Source of the DNA: Antedon mediterranea
Lineage: Eukaryota > Animalia > Echinodermata
NCBI RefSeq assembly: GCF_964355755.1
Contig: NC_092679.1
Coordinates: 22,055,432 to 22,119,431 of the forward strand
Reading direction: 5' to 3'
Length of the DNA stretch: 64,000 nucleotides
Shown: in pieces, positions 1-14,200 of the stretch
Layout of the letters: each line of letters starts with the position of its first letter
Position numbering within the stretch: position 1 is the first letter of the stretch
Notes under the pieces: model-generated
The model's database searches: none
The model's input: only the letters and a program-made list of their open reading frames with translations
What the model was told of the DNA's origin: nothing
Position numbers and translations under genes: made by a program

Positions 1-1850
1 TACGTAATTTAACTTTCTATAAACCAGAGATTCTAAAATAAAAGATTTTTGTGTAATATATTACAGTATAATGTTATTATCTTCTATTCTGAGACAGCCT
101 TGATGTCCTAGCAACAAGAAACAGAAAGCCAAAACCATGAACTTCAACTCCCAGGCCATTAAAGCCCATTGACAAGAACAATCAACTAGTTGAACTACGG
201 TATTGTGGTTAGGTGCTTACCCTTTAATCTTAATGCTTTGGTTCATATCATTTTATTGTCTGAAATACTTGTTCTAAAAACTAATATTGTTTGATTATTC
301 TGATTAAACTACAAGAAACTAATTTCTAAATTTTATTTATTCTAAAGTTCATTTATTTTATTTTAAAATTAACTCTACAGATGTTTTAGAAAAATATCAA
401 AGACTTTTTCTAATTAAAATAAAAAGAAATTTAATGACAAATTTTGAAAGAACAACATTTTTTCTTTCCTTTAGAAATCAGTCCTTTAAAAATCCTATAA
501 GAATCAATTTTATGTTAATTGGTATGATGATATAATCCATGGTTTATTGGAACGCGGCCTTTGATTAAACAAATTACAACAACTGGTTTAAGTTTTAAAT
601 TATGATATTTAACGAAAGTTAACAATGCATGAAATAATACTATAATAAGTTTTCCACCAAAAAGAGTGGGATTAACCTTTGTACATTCATTATGTATTTA
701 TTATTAGATGGCTTGACAGTATTTTTTCTTCTTCAAGTGTTAACCTCTAACTGTCAAAGACGACGAAGGTCAGCTAATAATCCTACAGCCTTGTATATAT
801 TATTATTAATAAAGTAGATTATGCAATGAATTACAAAATAATAAAAAAATGAGGGTATCTTGCAATATGTTTTAAGGCTTTAATCTCTGTTTGTGTACCA
901 ACATGAAATTTTGATTGACCAAATGAATAATAATTTAACATTAATTTGGTGGGTGAACAACCTAAATTGGGAATAACACAAGCAATAAATGTATGGCAGG
1001 CTGAGGTTGCTAAAATATTATAAAGCAAGTTTTTTTGCTTAAATTAAAAGGCACAGACTTTGGTTTGTATGCAGCTATTTTGGTTTTGTAAATTTGGTCT
1101 AGGCCTGGTCTAGAGCATACTGGACTCACGGCTTTAAGGGTACAATTTCCTTAACAATGTGGGGGAATAACCTGTGTCTTGCAGAATACAACAATTTTGT
1201 GTCGAGTGCTGCCACCAAACGGCGCTCATTAGTCTGCCCACAACAGCAGAAGCTGAATAGACCAGTACACCAGAGTACACTCCCTATGCAGGGGATTTGT
1301 TGGATTCTGAAGGTGTCCAATTACAGGGGTTGCGATATCAAATCAAGGCAAACAAAGCCAGAACGATTATATTCAAATATGGAGCGTCGATAATATTCCG
1401 GGTTGATAAAGAGTTTATAAGTCACGTTTTTTTTTTTGCTCTATTATTGCTATAAGAACCAAGATTTTAAACTTTGTATGCCTCATTCAAAATCACAACC
1501 GCAGCAACAATAGCTCTTGTTTACAAGCTTGGTGATTTCTGAGTGAATGGTGACACACAATGGGTGTAATTTAAGGGTTGCCTCCCCACTCTATTCTAGT
1601 GACCTTGATTCTCGAGTGCAATTTTCGGTTTCAATATCTTACAATGAAAGCTTTTTCCAGTTTAAAATATTTATTTTTTTAATGATTGTAACTATGCTGG
1701 CCTAATTATTGTAACCTGGTGAATTCAGAAGATCTTTAGAATTAAAATAAAAATTAAATAAGACTCACTCACTCCCTAGATGTACATGTAATGTGTTATT
1801 TTATGCCATGGCGCAATGGTTATAGTGGAGTTGTTTCCGTCATGTCAGGA

Positions 1851-2072
1851 AACTGGGACCAGTAGCTAAGCTTAGGTGCATAGGATAGTCGCAAACTATA
1901 CCATTTATGGAGAGGGAGAAACCTATACTGGGACAGTAGCTAAACTTGCGTAGTCGCAGACTATACCATTTATGGATAGGGGTTATTATGAAGGAAAAAC
2001 CATTACTGAAACTAGTTAGCTAAACTTATAGAGCATGCATAGTCACAGACTATAGTCCATTTACGGATAGTT
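1851..2072. repeat. Short degenerate direct repeats next to the PAS-A exon donor
   Basis: TAGTCGCA.ACTATACCATTTATGGA in three copies, ACTGGGAC.AGTAGCTAA in two. Confidence 0.65.
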
Positions 2073-2088
2073 AGAAAGCTATACTTAC

Positions 2089-2257
2089 CATCCTCATCTA
2101 CCAGGTTGACACTCATTGAGGTCGGAGCATCATCATCAACTAACCCATAACCTTTGAATGTTTGTCGGCCGGGTATTTTAACTTGGAACTGTTTCTTAAG
2201 TTGATTGTGGTCGTCCTTATGAATGTAATCAATAATACTATTTCCAATCATATCATG
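2089..2257 (-). CDS. bHLH-PAS exon, second part of PAS-A (HDMIGNSIIDYIHKDDHNQLKKQF...)
   Basis: Acceptor ttttTAG at 2260-2258, donor GTAAGT at 2088-2083; 169 nt, phase 0 to 1. Matches the PAS-A motif seen in SIM/HIF-type proteins (G.S.fD..H..D). Confidence 0.88.
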
Positions 2258-5200
2258 CTAAAAGGAAATTGAGGAGAAAAAAAATAATTTAAATTCTGTT
2301 TTTTTTTGTTAAGCTCTGTCTACACTATCAAAAAAAGTTTGATGTGCCAAAATATGGTAATGATATGCTGAAATATGTTAGCGATATGACATCATTATGT
2401 CCAAATATGGACACATCACATTTTATTGTCACATCAAGTTTGATAGTGTACAGAGCTATAGTAAACAGGTACAATACTATCAACTCTGATGAAATCACAA
2501 TTTTTATAATATACATAAGTAGTAGAAGTATGAGTGGAGTTGTGGCTTGGTGGTTATGATGCTTGGCTACCACTCCAATGGTCCTGGGTTCAAGTCCCGT
2601 CACATGTCAGGATCTTTTCTAAGGACCAAATTACTCTACTCCCAAAGACTTGTAATAAGACTTTGTTTATGTAGAGCATCTTGTGTATATGTTTGGCTTG
2701 TGAACCTCTGAGGGTCCCTAATGATCAGCAATAAAAAAAAAGAACCTATATTAAGGGGACACCTTCGGGATGCAACAAAGTGTTCCCTTAATAGGGGACA
2801 AAGTGTCCCCTTAATAGGGGTTGGTACAGTATATATACCCCCATTGTTTATTTTATGTGTAAAGCCTGTTTCCCACTAGAGACGCAACACAACGGGCGTA
2901 GAAGGAACAGAAGCAAGTTGACCAATGGCAACTGATAGTTTTAATAACATGAATTGCGCTTACGTCCTTGTGTTACGTCCAAGCATTAAGCATCTCCTTA
3001 ATAGTGATGTCCCTTTAATAGGCGCGTGTCCCTGAATAGGTATCATAAAGGAGGGGTTCTACTACTATAATTAGATTAAACGGGAAGGCGCCAATTAAAG
3101 AGATATAGTACAAGAAAACAGAATATCTTATGTAAAAGGAAAACATTTGCTACAAATATATTCAAAATCTCCAACAAGGGACAACATAGCATTTTTAATG
3201 ATGCAAGTTTACAAAGGCAGTTAATAACTAGTTTTGAAGATGTTATTTTCCAGTCTATTTCACATGCATATTTTTGTTACGTTACGACCTACTTTACTAG
3301 CAATTAACCTATTTCTGTCAATGATTATGTTTTGTTAAATGGTGGTATGTAAAAAAAGGGGATTTAACACTAATCACACTTACAGTGTTTAATATACCAT
3401 GTTTATAAAAAAAAGAAACCCCCAAACAAAACAAAATACATAAATACATTATATTATCATCCATTTCAAATTAAAAATGTTTACATATTTTTTTGTCTGT
3501 TCTTTGATGCAAAGTTTTGCGTTTTGTTTAATTCGATATTTTTGATGGATACGATATATTTTCATTAAGTATAATAATACAAGTTTTGTATAAGTCAACT
3601 AATTGTAAAGTTGCAATAAAAGTATTTTATTATCAAAGACACTAATAAAACTTTAAGTGGCCAAGCTAAAACAAACAAAATGTCTTCTCCAGATTTCCTT
3701 ATATTAAAATAAGAGTATTTAACCTGTGAACGACTAAGGTTTAAAATGACAACCTTTACAATTCATTTATTTTGCAGAAGACATCTATAATACAATCACA
3801 AATACAAACACTGACACCAGTCTTGCGGATTGTTGAAAATTCTATTTTATATTTTTAATCTTCTATAAAACCTAATTCTAAATAGCTAACTGCATTAGTC
3901 ATATTTAAAAATGTCTTTAAGAGGATAATTCTTTGATCTGCGTCATTATGTAATAATCATTTAAGTGTCATTATCGCATTGAAAAGAAATCAATTTTTTT
4001 TTTTTACAGTTCAACTGTACACAGTAGAACCACTCCTTTTGGACACTGGTAGGGGCAACTCAACGAACAAGGGGCAACTCGACGAACAAGGGGCAACTCG
4101 ACGAACAAGGGGCAACTCGACAAACAAGGGGCAACTCGACAAACAAGGGGCAACTCGACGAACAAGGGGAAACTCGACGAACAAGGGGCAACTCGACGAA
4201 CAAGGGGCAACTCGACGAACAAGGGGCAACTCGACGAACAAGGGGCAACTCGACGAACAAGGGGCAACTCGACGAACAAGGGGAAACTCGACGAACAAGG
4301 GGAAACTCGACGAACAAGGGGCAACTCGACGAACAAGGGGCAACTCGACGAACAAGGGGCAACTCGACGAACAAGGGGCAACTCGACGAACAAGGGGCAA
4401 CTCGACGAACAAGGGGCAACTCGACGAACAAGGGGGAACTCGACGAACAAGGGGGAACTCGACGAACAAGGGGGAACTCGACGAACAAGGGGCAACTCGA
4501 CGAACAAGGGGCAACTCGACGAACAAGGGGCAACTCGACGAACAAGGGGCAACTCGACGAACAAGGGGCAACATGTGTTTTACAATAATTTATTCTTGTT
4601 GTTAAAGTTGTTGATATAAATAACTTCTTATACCTTCTTATCTTTTTTAAAGGGTCTCTTGAGTTCCCGTTTCCATACCTTCTTGATTTTTTATGGAATA
4701 AATTGATTTTAATTGATTGTTTTGACATTGCCACTAATAATAACACCCATTCAAGGGATACTCCAATTAAAGGGACACTTTTTGGGTTCTGATGATAATA
4801 CAGCAATAATGGCTGTGTGAAACATTGCTGCTTATTTATTTCACAATATTCATTAATCTTTAAACAATTTGAACATAAATGTAATTACGTAAATAGTTCC
4901 TTCACTGTTAAATTAATATTTTATGTTCCTAAAGATTTAATGAATATTGTATTTAATAATTTACGAAAATTAATAAATAAAAATTAAAAAATTGGATTTA
5001 AGTAAAATGGAAACGAAAAATATATCAAAAACAATAAATTTGACATTTTTCTGAAGGATGAAATTATAGAAATTATAATATGATTTATTGAAACATTTTT
5101 GCAATAATTTGTCAAGTGTACTATAAAGTTTATGATTAATTAAAGGACGTTTGCTTCCTAAAAGCCTACAGCAGTTAAAGTCTACGTTCTTAAAATTGAA

Positions 5201-8200
5201 ACGCAGATAAGTACTTTAAAAACGGACAATATTTTATAGATTTCTTAGTCACGTTTAGATTTCGAAAACGTTTGCTTCAAAACTGAAGTTGGAGTCGGAG
5301 GAACTATGTGTCGTCAAAAACTTGTCAAATAAGGATAAAATACATTCTGAAGCATGAAATATGATCAGAATGTGTTTAAGAAATGTACAAAATGTTAAAC
5401 GAGACGCTTGTACGACGTCGAACTCTTGACCTTTCGGTCACAGATAAGGCGTAACAAAATGTAATATGTAGTCTAGTTTTTTTTCGGTTATCGGCTTGGT
5501 TGGAGTTGTCATTTTCAATTTGTGTCATTTTTATTCCTTTAGTAAGTTTTGCACTATGATCAATTGTGTGACTAAATTTAATTCAATCAATTATGTGCTC
5601 ATTGGAAATGTGATTCATGTGATTTTTTAATTTAAATTTTCTTTATACTAAAAAATAAAGATAATTAATGTAATCAGGCTATCAAGATTAAAAAACAAAA
5701 AGAAAATTAAAAGCCACACAATTTATGAGTTTGTAAGCAGAACTCAAAAATACTTCTTGCGTACAAATGGGTTAGTAATTACTTTTAAATATTTTTATTA
5801 GTCCAAATATTGTTACTGGCCCAACGGATGTACCATAATGATATCACGAAAAAATTACTGTAGACTTCATACTGATTAATTTCAGTAATTCAGATTTTTA
5901 CTACAGTCGTCTACCGGACACAGATAGAGGTTGGCCGGCCCGGCATAGCAACTGAAAACCAGGGTAGTAGTACAGTACAAAAAAAGTAATGAAAATCTCA
6001 TTTTAATTTTAATATTTGAAAGCTATAAATATGGATGTTTTATTACTAATTTTCCATATGCTGTACTTTCAATTTATTTATGAATAATTAATACAAACCA
6101 AACTAGTATGACTTTCACATTTACAGTACATGTATGACGGAACAGCTGCAGATTTTTCAGTGCCTTTAATTATTTCTACTGCTAACAATATGTATCCTAA
6201 CTTGTTTTAAAATATTGATAAATGTGCTATGCAAATAATGTTTGGGTAATTTTATATTGAAAAATATTACTAAGTAGTGTAGTGCAATGAAGGAATGAAA
6301 TAAGCATATAAGCAATGTGACTGTCCCTTTAATTTGTAGTTTAACAGTCCTGTTAATGTATGCTGAATGCGACTCTTCTACAGTACAATATTTACAATAA
6401 ATGTACGCTATGCTAATAATGTCGCCTGTAGCTTGTAACTGTCCCTTTAATTTATGCTAATGCAGCTCTCATATAATACACTATTTACAATAAATATACA
6501 CGTATGTTAATAATGTCTCCTGTAGCTTGTTTTACCATTACAACTACAGTAGGTAGTAAAATGAAGAAAAGTGAAAATATGACTGTCCCTTTAAATCTTA
6601 GTTTAACTGTCCCTTTAATTTATGCTAATGCCGCTCTCCTACACTTGGCATGTGTACAATCATACTGCATGATGGATGTTTTGCATCTTATTTGCCTGAT
6701 AGGTAATGTTGAACAGATAGCAAGACTAATTGGAATGCGACATTCATGTTGTATTATGTTGTGATGTCTGTCTGAACATGAGAGTCACATGAAATATCAT
6801 GAAACCCATGGATGCCTGCCATATATCATTTTGAATTGATATCCTAATGGGTTTTAACAGGCCTTTCTGCTTCACTTGAGCTCAAATCTGCTTTTGACGG
6901 AGAATGTTAAATTATAAAAAATTGGATATAGATTGTAGATTAAGGAATTGCAAAAATATAGCAATTAATTCTGATAAACCAAAAGAATGGTTGTTTCGGA
7001 ATCAAATGGGGTTATTTGAAAAAAAAAATGTTTTTAAAAATCAGATCTTCTTTGTTTTTATTTATGACATTTCTAACGGTAAGAAAATACTATTCTTGAA
7101 AAAAAAAATTGAAAAAAAAAAATGTTTTCCTCACGATAAAAACAGACACTATCAACTACTGTACACATGCCACAGTTAGAAATGTGTAAGATTATTCTCC
7201 AACAAGAAACCAGTCCTCAAATACTCGGCATGAATGACTTTACTCATTATCTATTTACATAATAACAAAATAATCCAATAAAAAACTCAATATAATAGCA
7301 TTAATTGGAAATTTTAAAATCATGTGATTAATATAAAATAAAATGTGGTATAAATAAAAAGATGCAAATTGCCATTATTAGCAGCACAGTTATATTCTTA
7401 GATACTATCAACCAATTAGATTTGAAGGCCATTAGGATGTTGTAATGACGTTTATAAGGCATGGCAAAGTCTTGTTTGTCAACACGTACACCCACCCACA
7501 CACCCCATTGGACTTTATCTTGGCACACGCTCAGGCTACTTAATTATACAGTGATGTTTAATAGTGAATTACACATGCTCATTTCCTTGTGGGTTGCATG
7601 TGTTCCGCACTAAACCTCCCCTTCCCTCCTTTAACCCCTCTTCCCCTCCCCCCACTCCCATCTGAATAAATTAACACAAATTAACTGTTTAAAAGACAGA
7701 CTATTGAATAACAGACCCTCTTCCGATCCTCACCACGATCAATTTCAATAAATGAACCCTGATTTCTTGGCTTCAGAAAAATTTTTACAGTTTGTAACCG
7801 GTCAAATGGCAGACTAAGAATAACATCCAATCGATTCGGTGTTGGAATACTATTTAACTGTTACTACTGTCCAACTTAGCTTCAACGGAAAATAACGGTT
7901 ATTTGATTGACAGCCGCTAACCTTGAGTCAACTACACTGCAGTAAAATTTGAATTGACCGTCATAACCAATTGCATTTTGGGTAATGCTAACAGTTTCCG
8001 TCGATGACCACCCTCTGATTTAAACATTTATTTAGGGGCACATTTTTAGCACAAACGCAGTGGATATAAAAATGAGAGAACAACCTATGCATATTCATTA
8101 ATAGCCATTATGACACCTATTTACTAGAGTATAGTGTATCTGGATATAGGCATATCTATTGAATTTAAAATCTCTTCACCTTTTGTTCATTGGCTACAAT

Positions 8201-11200
8201 AGTATTGTTCAATAAATGTATTGGTAACCAAATAGTCTTGAGATTTATATAAAAATGATATTTTTAATCTATTATTATTATTATTAGTATTAATAAACGG
8301 TTTATTCAGGCCGCTATGCAGCAGAAACACACCCATAAGCATAAACAAACCTACAGCCAGTAAATCATATTTTTCTTGCTACTACAGACAGAGTGTATGG
8401 TTGTATGGTTTTCTTTATGCTAGGCTACTACATGGATTTAAATGACCTCACCTCCTATGCCATCCCCACTGCTGTCTCCCACATCCTTTAACTATTAGGC
8501 CTAAACCTCCAGGGAACATGACAAAGCCAATTCGAGGAACTAAACTCAGCCAATTCTATCATGGCTTGAGTTAGAAAATTATATATACTTTTTTTAAACC
8601 ACAACATCTATTGTTACTACTAGCTTGTTTTAACATGTTATGGTTGAACAATATCATTTTTATTTTTTTGCTAAATCTTCGCTGCTGGTAACTGTACTTT
8701 CAAATTTACAATAAAGTAAAGTACATGAATGAAAAAATAGCCACAATTTTTTTTAACTTCTTATTGAGTTTTTAAATAAAAACCATCTTATTTTTCTCAG
8801 TTATTGAAGTTAAACCCGTTAAAATAGTGGTGCATTCAATAAAAACGTAGTCCATATTTTTTTTTGACACATGCTGGTCTGTTCTTGTTAAGAAGCGCTG
8901 TGTTTTCCGCCAAACACTTGCTGATCAATGATAAACCCAAGGATCAGTGAGATAAGGCCAGGTATAATACATGTTTAAACTGGACATAATATTTTCCTTG
9001 ACCAACATTTTTTTTCTAAATGAACAAAGTTTGAAGCTTTTTAACAAAATTGTGGTTTCTGGAAGTCTTACAGTATATTGAAAAGAAATTATGTGTTATT
9101 ATAATTTAGTTAGTTAGTTTAGTTTCTTTAAATTACGAAAATAAATGTTCTTTTTATTATGTTCTATTGTACTGGTACCAACATATTGTTCGCCTAACCA
9201 CAGTATAAAAATAAAATGTTGCAAAATACTATTCAACAGGGGAGACTTTAAAAGAGTGTGGTAAAGAGGGCATAGCAAGTTCAGTTGACTTGAGGCAATG
9301 CTTGAGGTCACACCAAAGTCAAACGAGGACATTCCAGAGATGATAAAATTATCATTATGCTCACAGCATCCTACTAAAAGAAATCACAATTGGATGATAG
9401 GCATTATATAGAATAAAAATTACTTTAAAGGGCAAATATAAAGAAGTTGTTTTCATCAAAATTTGGAGTAACATAACTGTTTTTTAGTCAAAGAATAACT
9501 TAATTTTCTTTTTAATACTAACAAGATTGTGTTGAGCATTAGGAGGAAAATGGACTATCAAATGATCTTTCTCATGTTGATACATCATACAGTAGATAGA
9601 TATTAAATAGTAAACTCTTAAAATTTAAATCTCAAACTTGAAACTAAACATTTTTTACCTTTTTATTTTATCTTAGAATATAAAATACAAGCCCTATAGG
9701 GACAGCTTCAGGATCGAATATTCCCTTTAATAGAGGTGTCCGCTGAATAGAGATAGTGTTCAACAACAATGTTTCCACATGTTCGTTAAAATGGGAAAGT
9801 GTCCCTTAAATAGAGGTGATCACAAAGAAGAGGGTCTAACTGTACATTTTAAGAAATATAAAATATATAATACTCTACAGAGGGCTGCTAAATCTTGAAT
9901 AGAATATTGATAATAAAAAGAAAATTTACTTAATTCAAAATTATTCAGCAAATGCCATTTTATGATCAGACAGAAATAAATCTTTATGCTGTCTCATTAC
10001 AAATTATGGAAGTTGGCTTTAAATCATATTCCTATTAAAATAAATATAAACAAATTTCATGAAAACAATTTTTTTCATTGTAGTTCATTCCTCTGAGAGA
10101 AATACAGTATGTTGGTTTATCAAAGTAAAGCGGCAGATAGAAAAATATTTTTAATGTGTAAAAAAAAAAAATGAATATTATAAAGGAATAAAAGCTTTGG
10201 AATGAATCATATTTCTATGAACAAATTATTGCGATATTTAAAAGTAAAGCATTAAAAATAAATCATAATAAAATTAATATAATATTTCTAAGCGACATAT
10301 TACAGTCATTAATTAATAATATTAAATCATTTATTCAATATCTAAGCAAATGCTCTACAGATCTATCTCTATTTCACTTTAAAATGTATTAATCAAATAT
10401 CTGGGTCATATAGTTGAATTCTCATTACATGGACACACAATATTTTACTATTTGTCGTAAATACAAAGTTAAATTTTGTAATAAATGATGCCAACTGCAG
10501 TACAACCTGATTAAATTTGAAAATGGAATTTCGATAAAAAGCGGTATAAACTAAATATTTCTTTGGTTTATAGCAATCTCAAGATGTTGATAATAAATAA
10601 ATATAGATCAATTAATTAATCAATCAATCAACAATATTTATTTAGAAATAAGTGTTTTAGATATTTCATTTAACAAATACAAAATCTACAATGTGTGTGA
10701 AACAGTATAGTATCTATTATATGTCTTGCATAAGAGACACCATCCATACCAATTCAAGTGTGAAAGCTAGCTTAAGAACAAACTCATAAATAGTATTGTG
10801 TGCTCTCAAGATGTTAAATTGATTTTGACGTCGCGTCCTACATATGAACAATCGTTTGTTCCACATGATGATGTAAATATGATAATTTGGTAGAATGGTA
10901 TTGAATGACAACGTTGGCTAAAAATAACATTACAATACTTTAACGATAGAACCGCGAGCAATGTAGAAAAAACCTACGTAATCTATTATTAAATGATATG
11001 CCCTTTGTTCTGTTGTATTTTGTAATTTCATTTTGATAAAATAAATGTTAAATAAATTGATAGATCTAGTAATTGCTACAGTACAGATAAAAACTACTGC
11101 AACATTTGCCACGCGTAGGTAACGTAGTCTACGCGTGGCGGGTGCGTGGCGGTTGCGTGGCGTAGCATTCGTAGTGCGTAGGCTACGCGTAGCATTCGTA

Positions 11201-14200
11201 GCCTACGTTGTGATCAACTGTGTGTGGGAATTCCCCAAACTCAACTGTGTACAAGTACAGTACATCGTCGACGGCTAAGCAGGCTACGAAAAGTTCGAAT
11301 AAATAGAAATCATACGATTGTTTCGCCAATACAATAATATCATCATCATTATTAAACATACTTGAAATTCAAATTTTTCTAAAGAAAATAGCAATTAAAA
11401 TTGCTCAAAGCCTAGGCCAGACGCGAAAAGTCAAATTAACTAGGCCTACTGCTGACTGCTGTACATTCACCATCGCCGGCCAGCCAGGCAGTAGTGTACA
11501 AAATTAATTGATGACGGGCCGTTATTATGACTACCTTCCATAGTAATAGTATTAGTAGTAGGCCTAAAATTACAAGTAAATTTTTTATAAGTAATTAATA
11601 CAGTTACGTACTCGGTATGTTTCATTTAAACAAAAAAAAAATATACAGGCTTGAAACTGTCGTAACTGTACATCAAACTCCATTATTAGCTATTGTAACA
11701 ACAACCTGCAGCAGAGTGGTGCTGGAGGGTCAAGTTACAGGTCGTTTAAAACATCGTCATCAACAGAGAGGAGGATCGGAGGACGCATATAACATGTGCT
11801 TGCCTGATCTTGTTTTGGTTTTTTTTAGTCATGCGCGATAATAAATTAGATAGTATTTAAATAAATGTTATTTTAGTTATAAATAAAAATAAATTATAAT
11901 TAACATTTTAGGGCTAGGAAATATGCAAGACTTTATTTAATAAAAGTTGAACTTCACTAAATTGAAGGTTAAACAAAACATAAAAGTACAGTTCAGAAAG
12001 AGTATCCATCCGCGGATCATAAACACGTGGATATAAACACACTGGGCGAATGAATTACGAATGGAGTGATCCGTCTCGATTTCCGTTGGAACAAAAATAA
12101 TATCGTATTTGTATTCTATTATTTTGACATTTACAGTATTTAAACAATCCATCCATCCCATAGTACTAAATAAGCGTAACATTTCATTTAAACGCAATTT
12201 TAAAACGAAACATGATCGTTCATTATATAGCCTAGTAAACAAACATAGTTCAAACAGTAGATTAGTACTGCGCGATACACACACGTGGGTAAACGGCAGC
12301 TTCACGACGGCGAAAACTGTCGTATCGAGGAAATATCCTTCTGTCACCTAGGCTATATACCACATTATTTCACATTTTCACGCCATGTACATCGTATTTA
12401 ACGCTTGTACACAGTATGGATTATCATACAGTACTACTAAGTAGGCCTATATCTATAGGCGTACCACATATTTTAAAATTAAACTGTCGGTAGGTACGCC
12501 GGTAACCTTACCTTTTTAGCTAGCTAGCTAGGCCTAGTCGGAGGCCATTTCACACAAACAGACGACGACCGCCGTCCGATCGGTGATAGATGTACACTTG
12601 TTCTTCTTTCATAACAATAAATGTCCCATTTTAACACAACACACAGTAATTAATACTAATATTAATACATTTATTATTACTTCACAGTAATTAACTCGCA
12701 TTTTAAATTTGATGAAAACTAGTATTCAAATTAACTAATTCCGTGTGTGGTGCATGCAGCACAGTACACAATAATCTGAACATTGGGATTTCCCATCCTA
12801 GCTCTCGCTTCGTAGGCTACGCGTAGACTACGCGTAGCATGTTAGCTTGCGTAGATTACGCCACGCGAAACCTACGAAGTTGCCACGCGTACGAAACGTA
12901 GTCTACGCGTCCAAATGTTGCAGTATTTATTATCTGTACTGTACTACTACTACTACTAGATCAATAAAAAAATGTGAAAAATTATTTTGTTTAAATTGTT
13001 AATTTATTGATGTACAGACAAGCTCAGTCCTTTATCATCATTGTATCTTATTTTATTTTTATGAAATAAATTTTATTATTGATCATAACAAATTATGAAA
13101 GACATTAAAATGCCAACATTTATAATGACATTGTATGACATGGACAAAGTTCAAATACAGTCAACTCTTCCAAAATCAAACACTCAAAAATTAACTCAAA
13201 AATTTAATTTATTAATGGTTCAACTGTCATGCCAAAAATCCGGACTTGCTTAAAGACCCCTTCCCTGCAATTTTAGACGTTTTTTGGAAAATAATACATA
13301 TACAGTATATCACTTTAAAAACATTAAACCATGTCATTCCTTGTCTTAAATGTACGTTTTATGGTAAATTATGATAAAAAGTGAGAAACAATGCACTACC
13401 TACAGTAAGTAGCTCGCGGCGATCGACCTCTCGTGGACGGTCTTAGGCCTAGCCTAGCTAGGCTTAGTTTTGTAGGCCTACAGTACAGATAATAAATACT
13501 GCAACATTTGGACGCGTAGACTACGTTTCGTACGCGTGGCAACTTCGTAGGTTTCGCGTGGCGTAATCTACGCAAGCTAACATCCTACGCGTAGTCTACG
13601 CGTAGCCTACGAAGCGAGAGCTAGGAGGGGAAATCCCAATGTTCAGATTATTGTGTACTGTGCTGCATGCACCACACACGGAATTAGTTAATTAATTTGA
13701 ATACTAGTTTTCATCAAATTTAAAATGCGAGTTAATTACTGTGAAGTAATAATAAATGTACTAATATTAGTATTAATTACTGTGTGTTGTGTTAAAATGG
13801 GACATTTATTTTTATGAAAGAAGAACAAGTGTACATCTATCACCGATCGGACGGCGGTCGTCGTCTGTTTGTGTGAAATGGCCTCCGACTAGGCCTAGCT
13901 AGCTAGCTAAAAAGGTAGGGTTACCGGCGTACCTACCGACAGTTTAATTTTAAAATATGTGGTACGCCTATAGATATAGGCCTACTTAGTAGTAGTACTG
14001 TATGATAATCCATACTGTGTACAAGCGTTAAATACGATGTACATGGCGTGAAAATGTGAAATAATGTGGTATAGCCTAGCTAGGTGACAGAAGGATATTT
14101 CCTCGATACGACAGTTTTCGCCGTCGTGAAGCTGCTGTTTACCCACGTGTGTGTATCGCGCAGTACTAATCTACTGTTTGAACTATGTTTGTTTACTAGG

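Noticed and set aside
221-259. Small AG/GT-bounded segment on the minus strand
   Set aside because: Stop codons in all three frames; cannot be supported as a coding exon.
1126-1393. Possible next bHLH-PAS exon (GTGAGT donor at 1129)
   Set aside because: No acceptor found that gives an open phase-1 frame, and the translation has no PAS similarity.
3979-4806. Long ORFs on both strands, or a CRISPR-like array
   Set aside because: Pure 19-bp tandem repeat with no spacers; the ORFs exist only because the unit lacks stop codons.
5140-5520. Possible further TTAA-AGG (Kolobok-like) element
   Set aside because: The left end looks plausible but no matching right TIR could be located.
11937-12347. 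136-aa ORF inside the 1.85 kb element as a transposase
   Set aside because: No DDE or HTH motifs, and it is frameshifted in the second copy (14084-14492).
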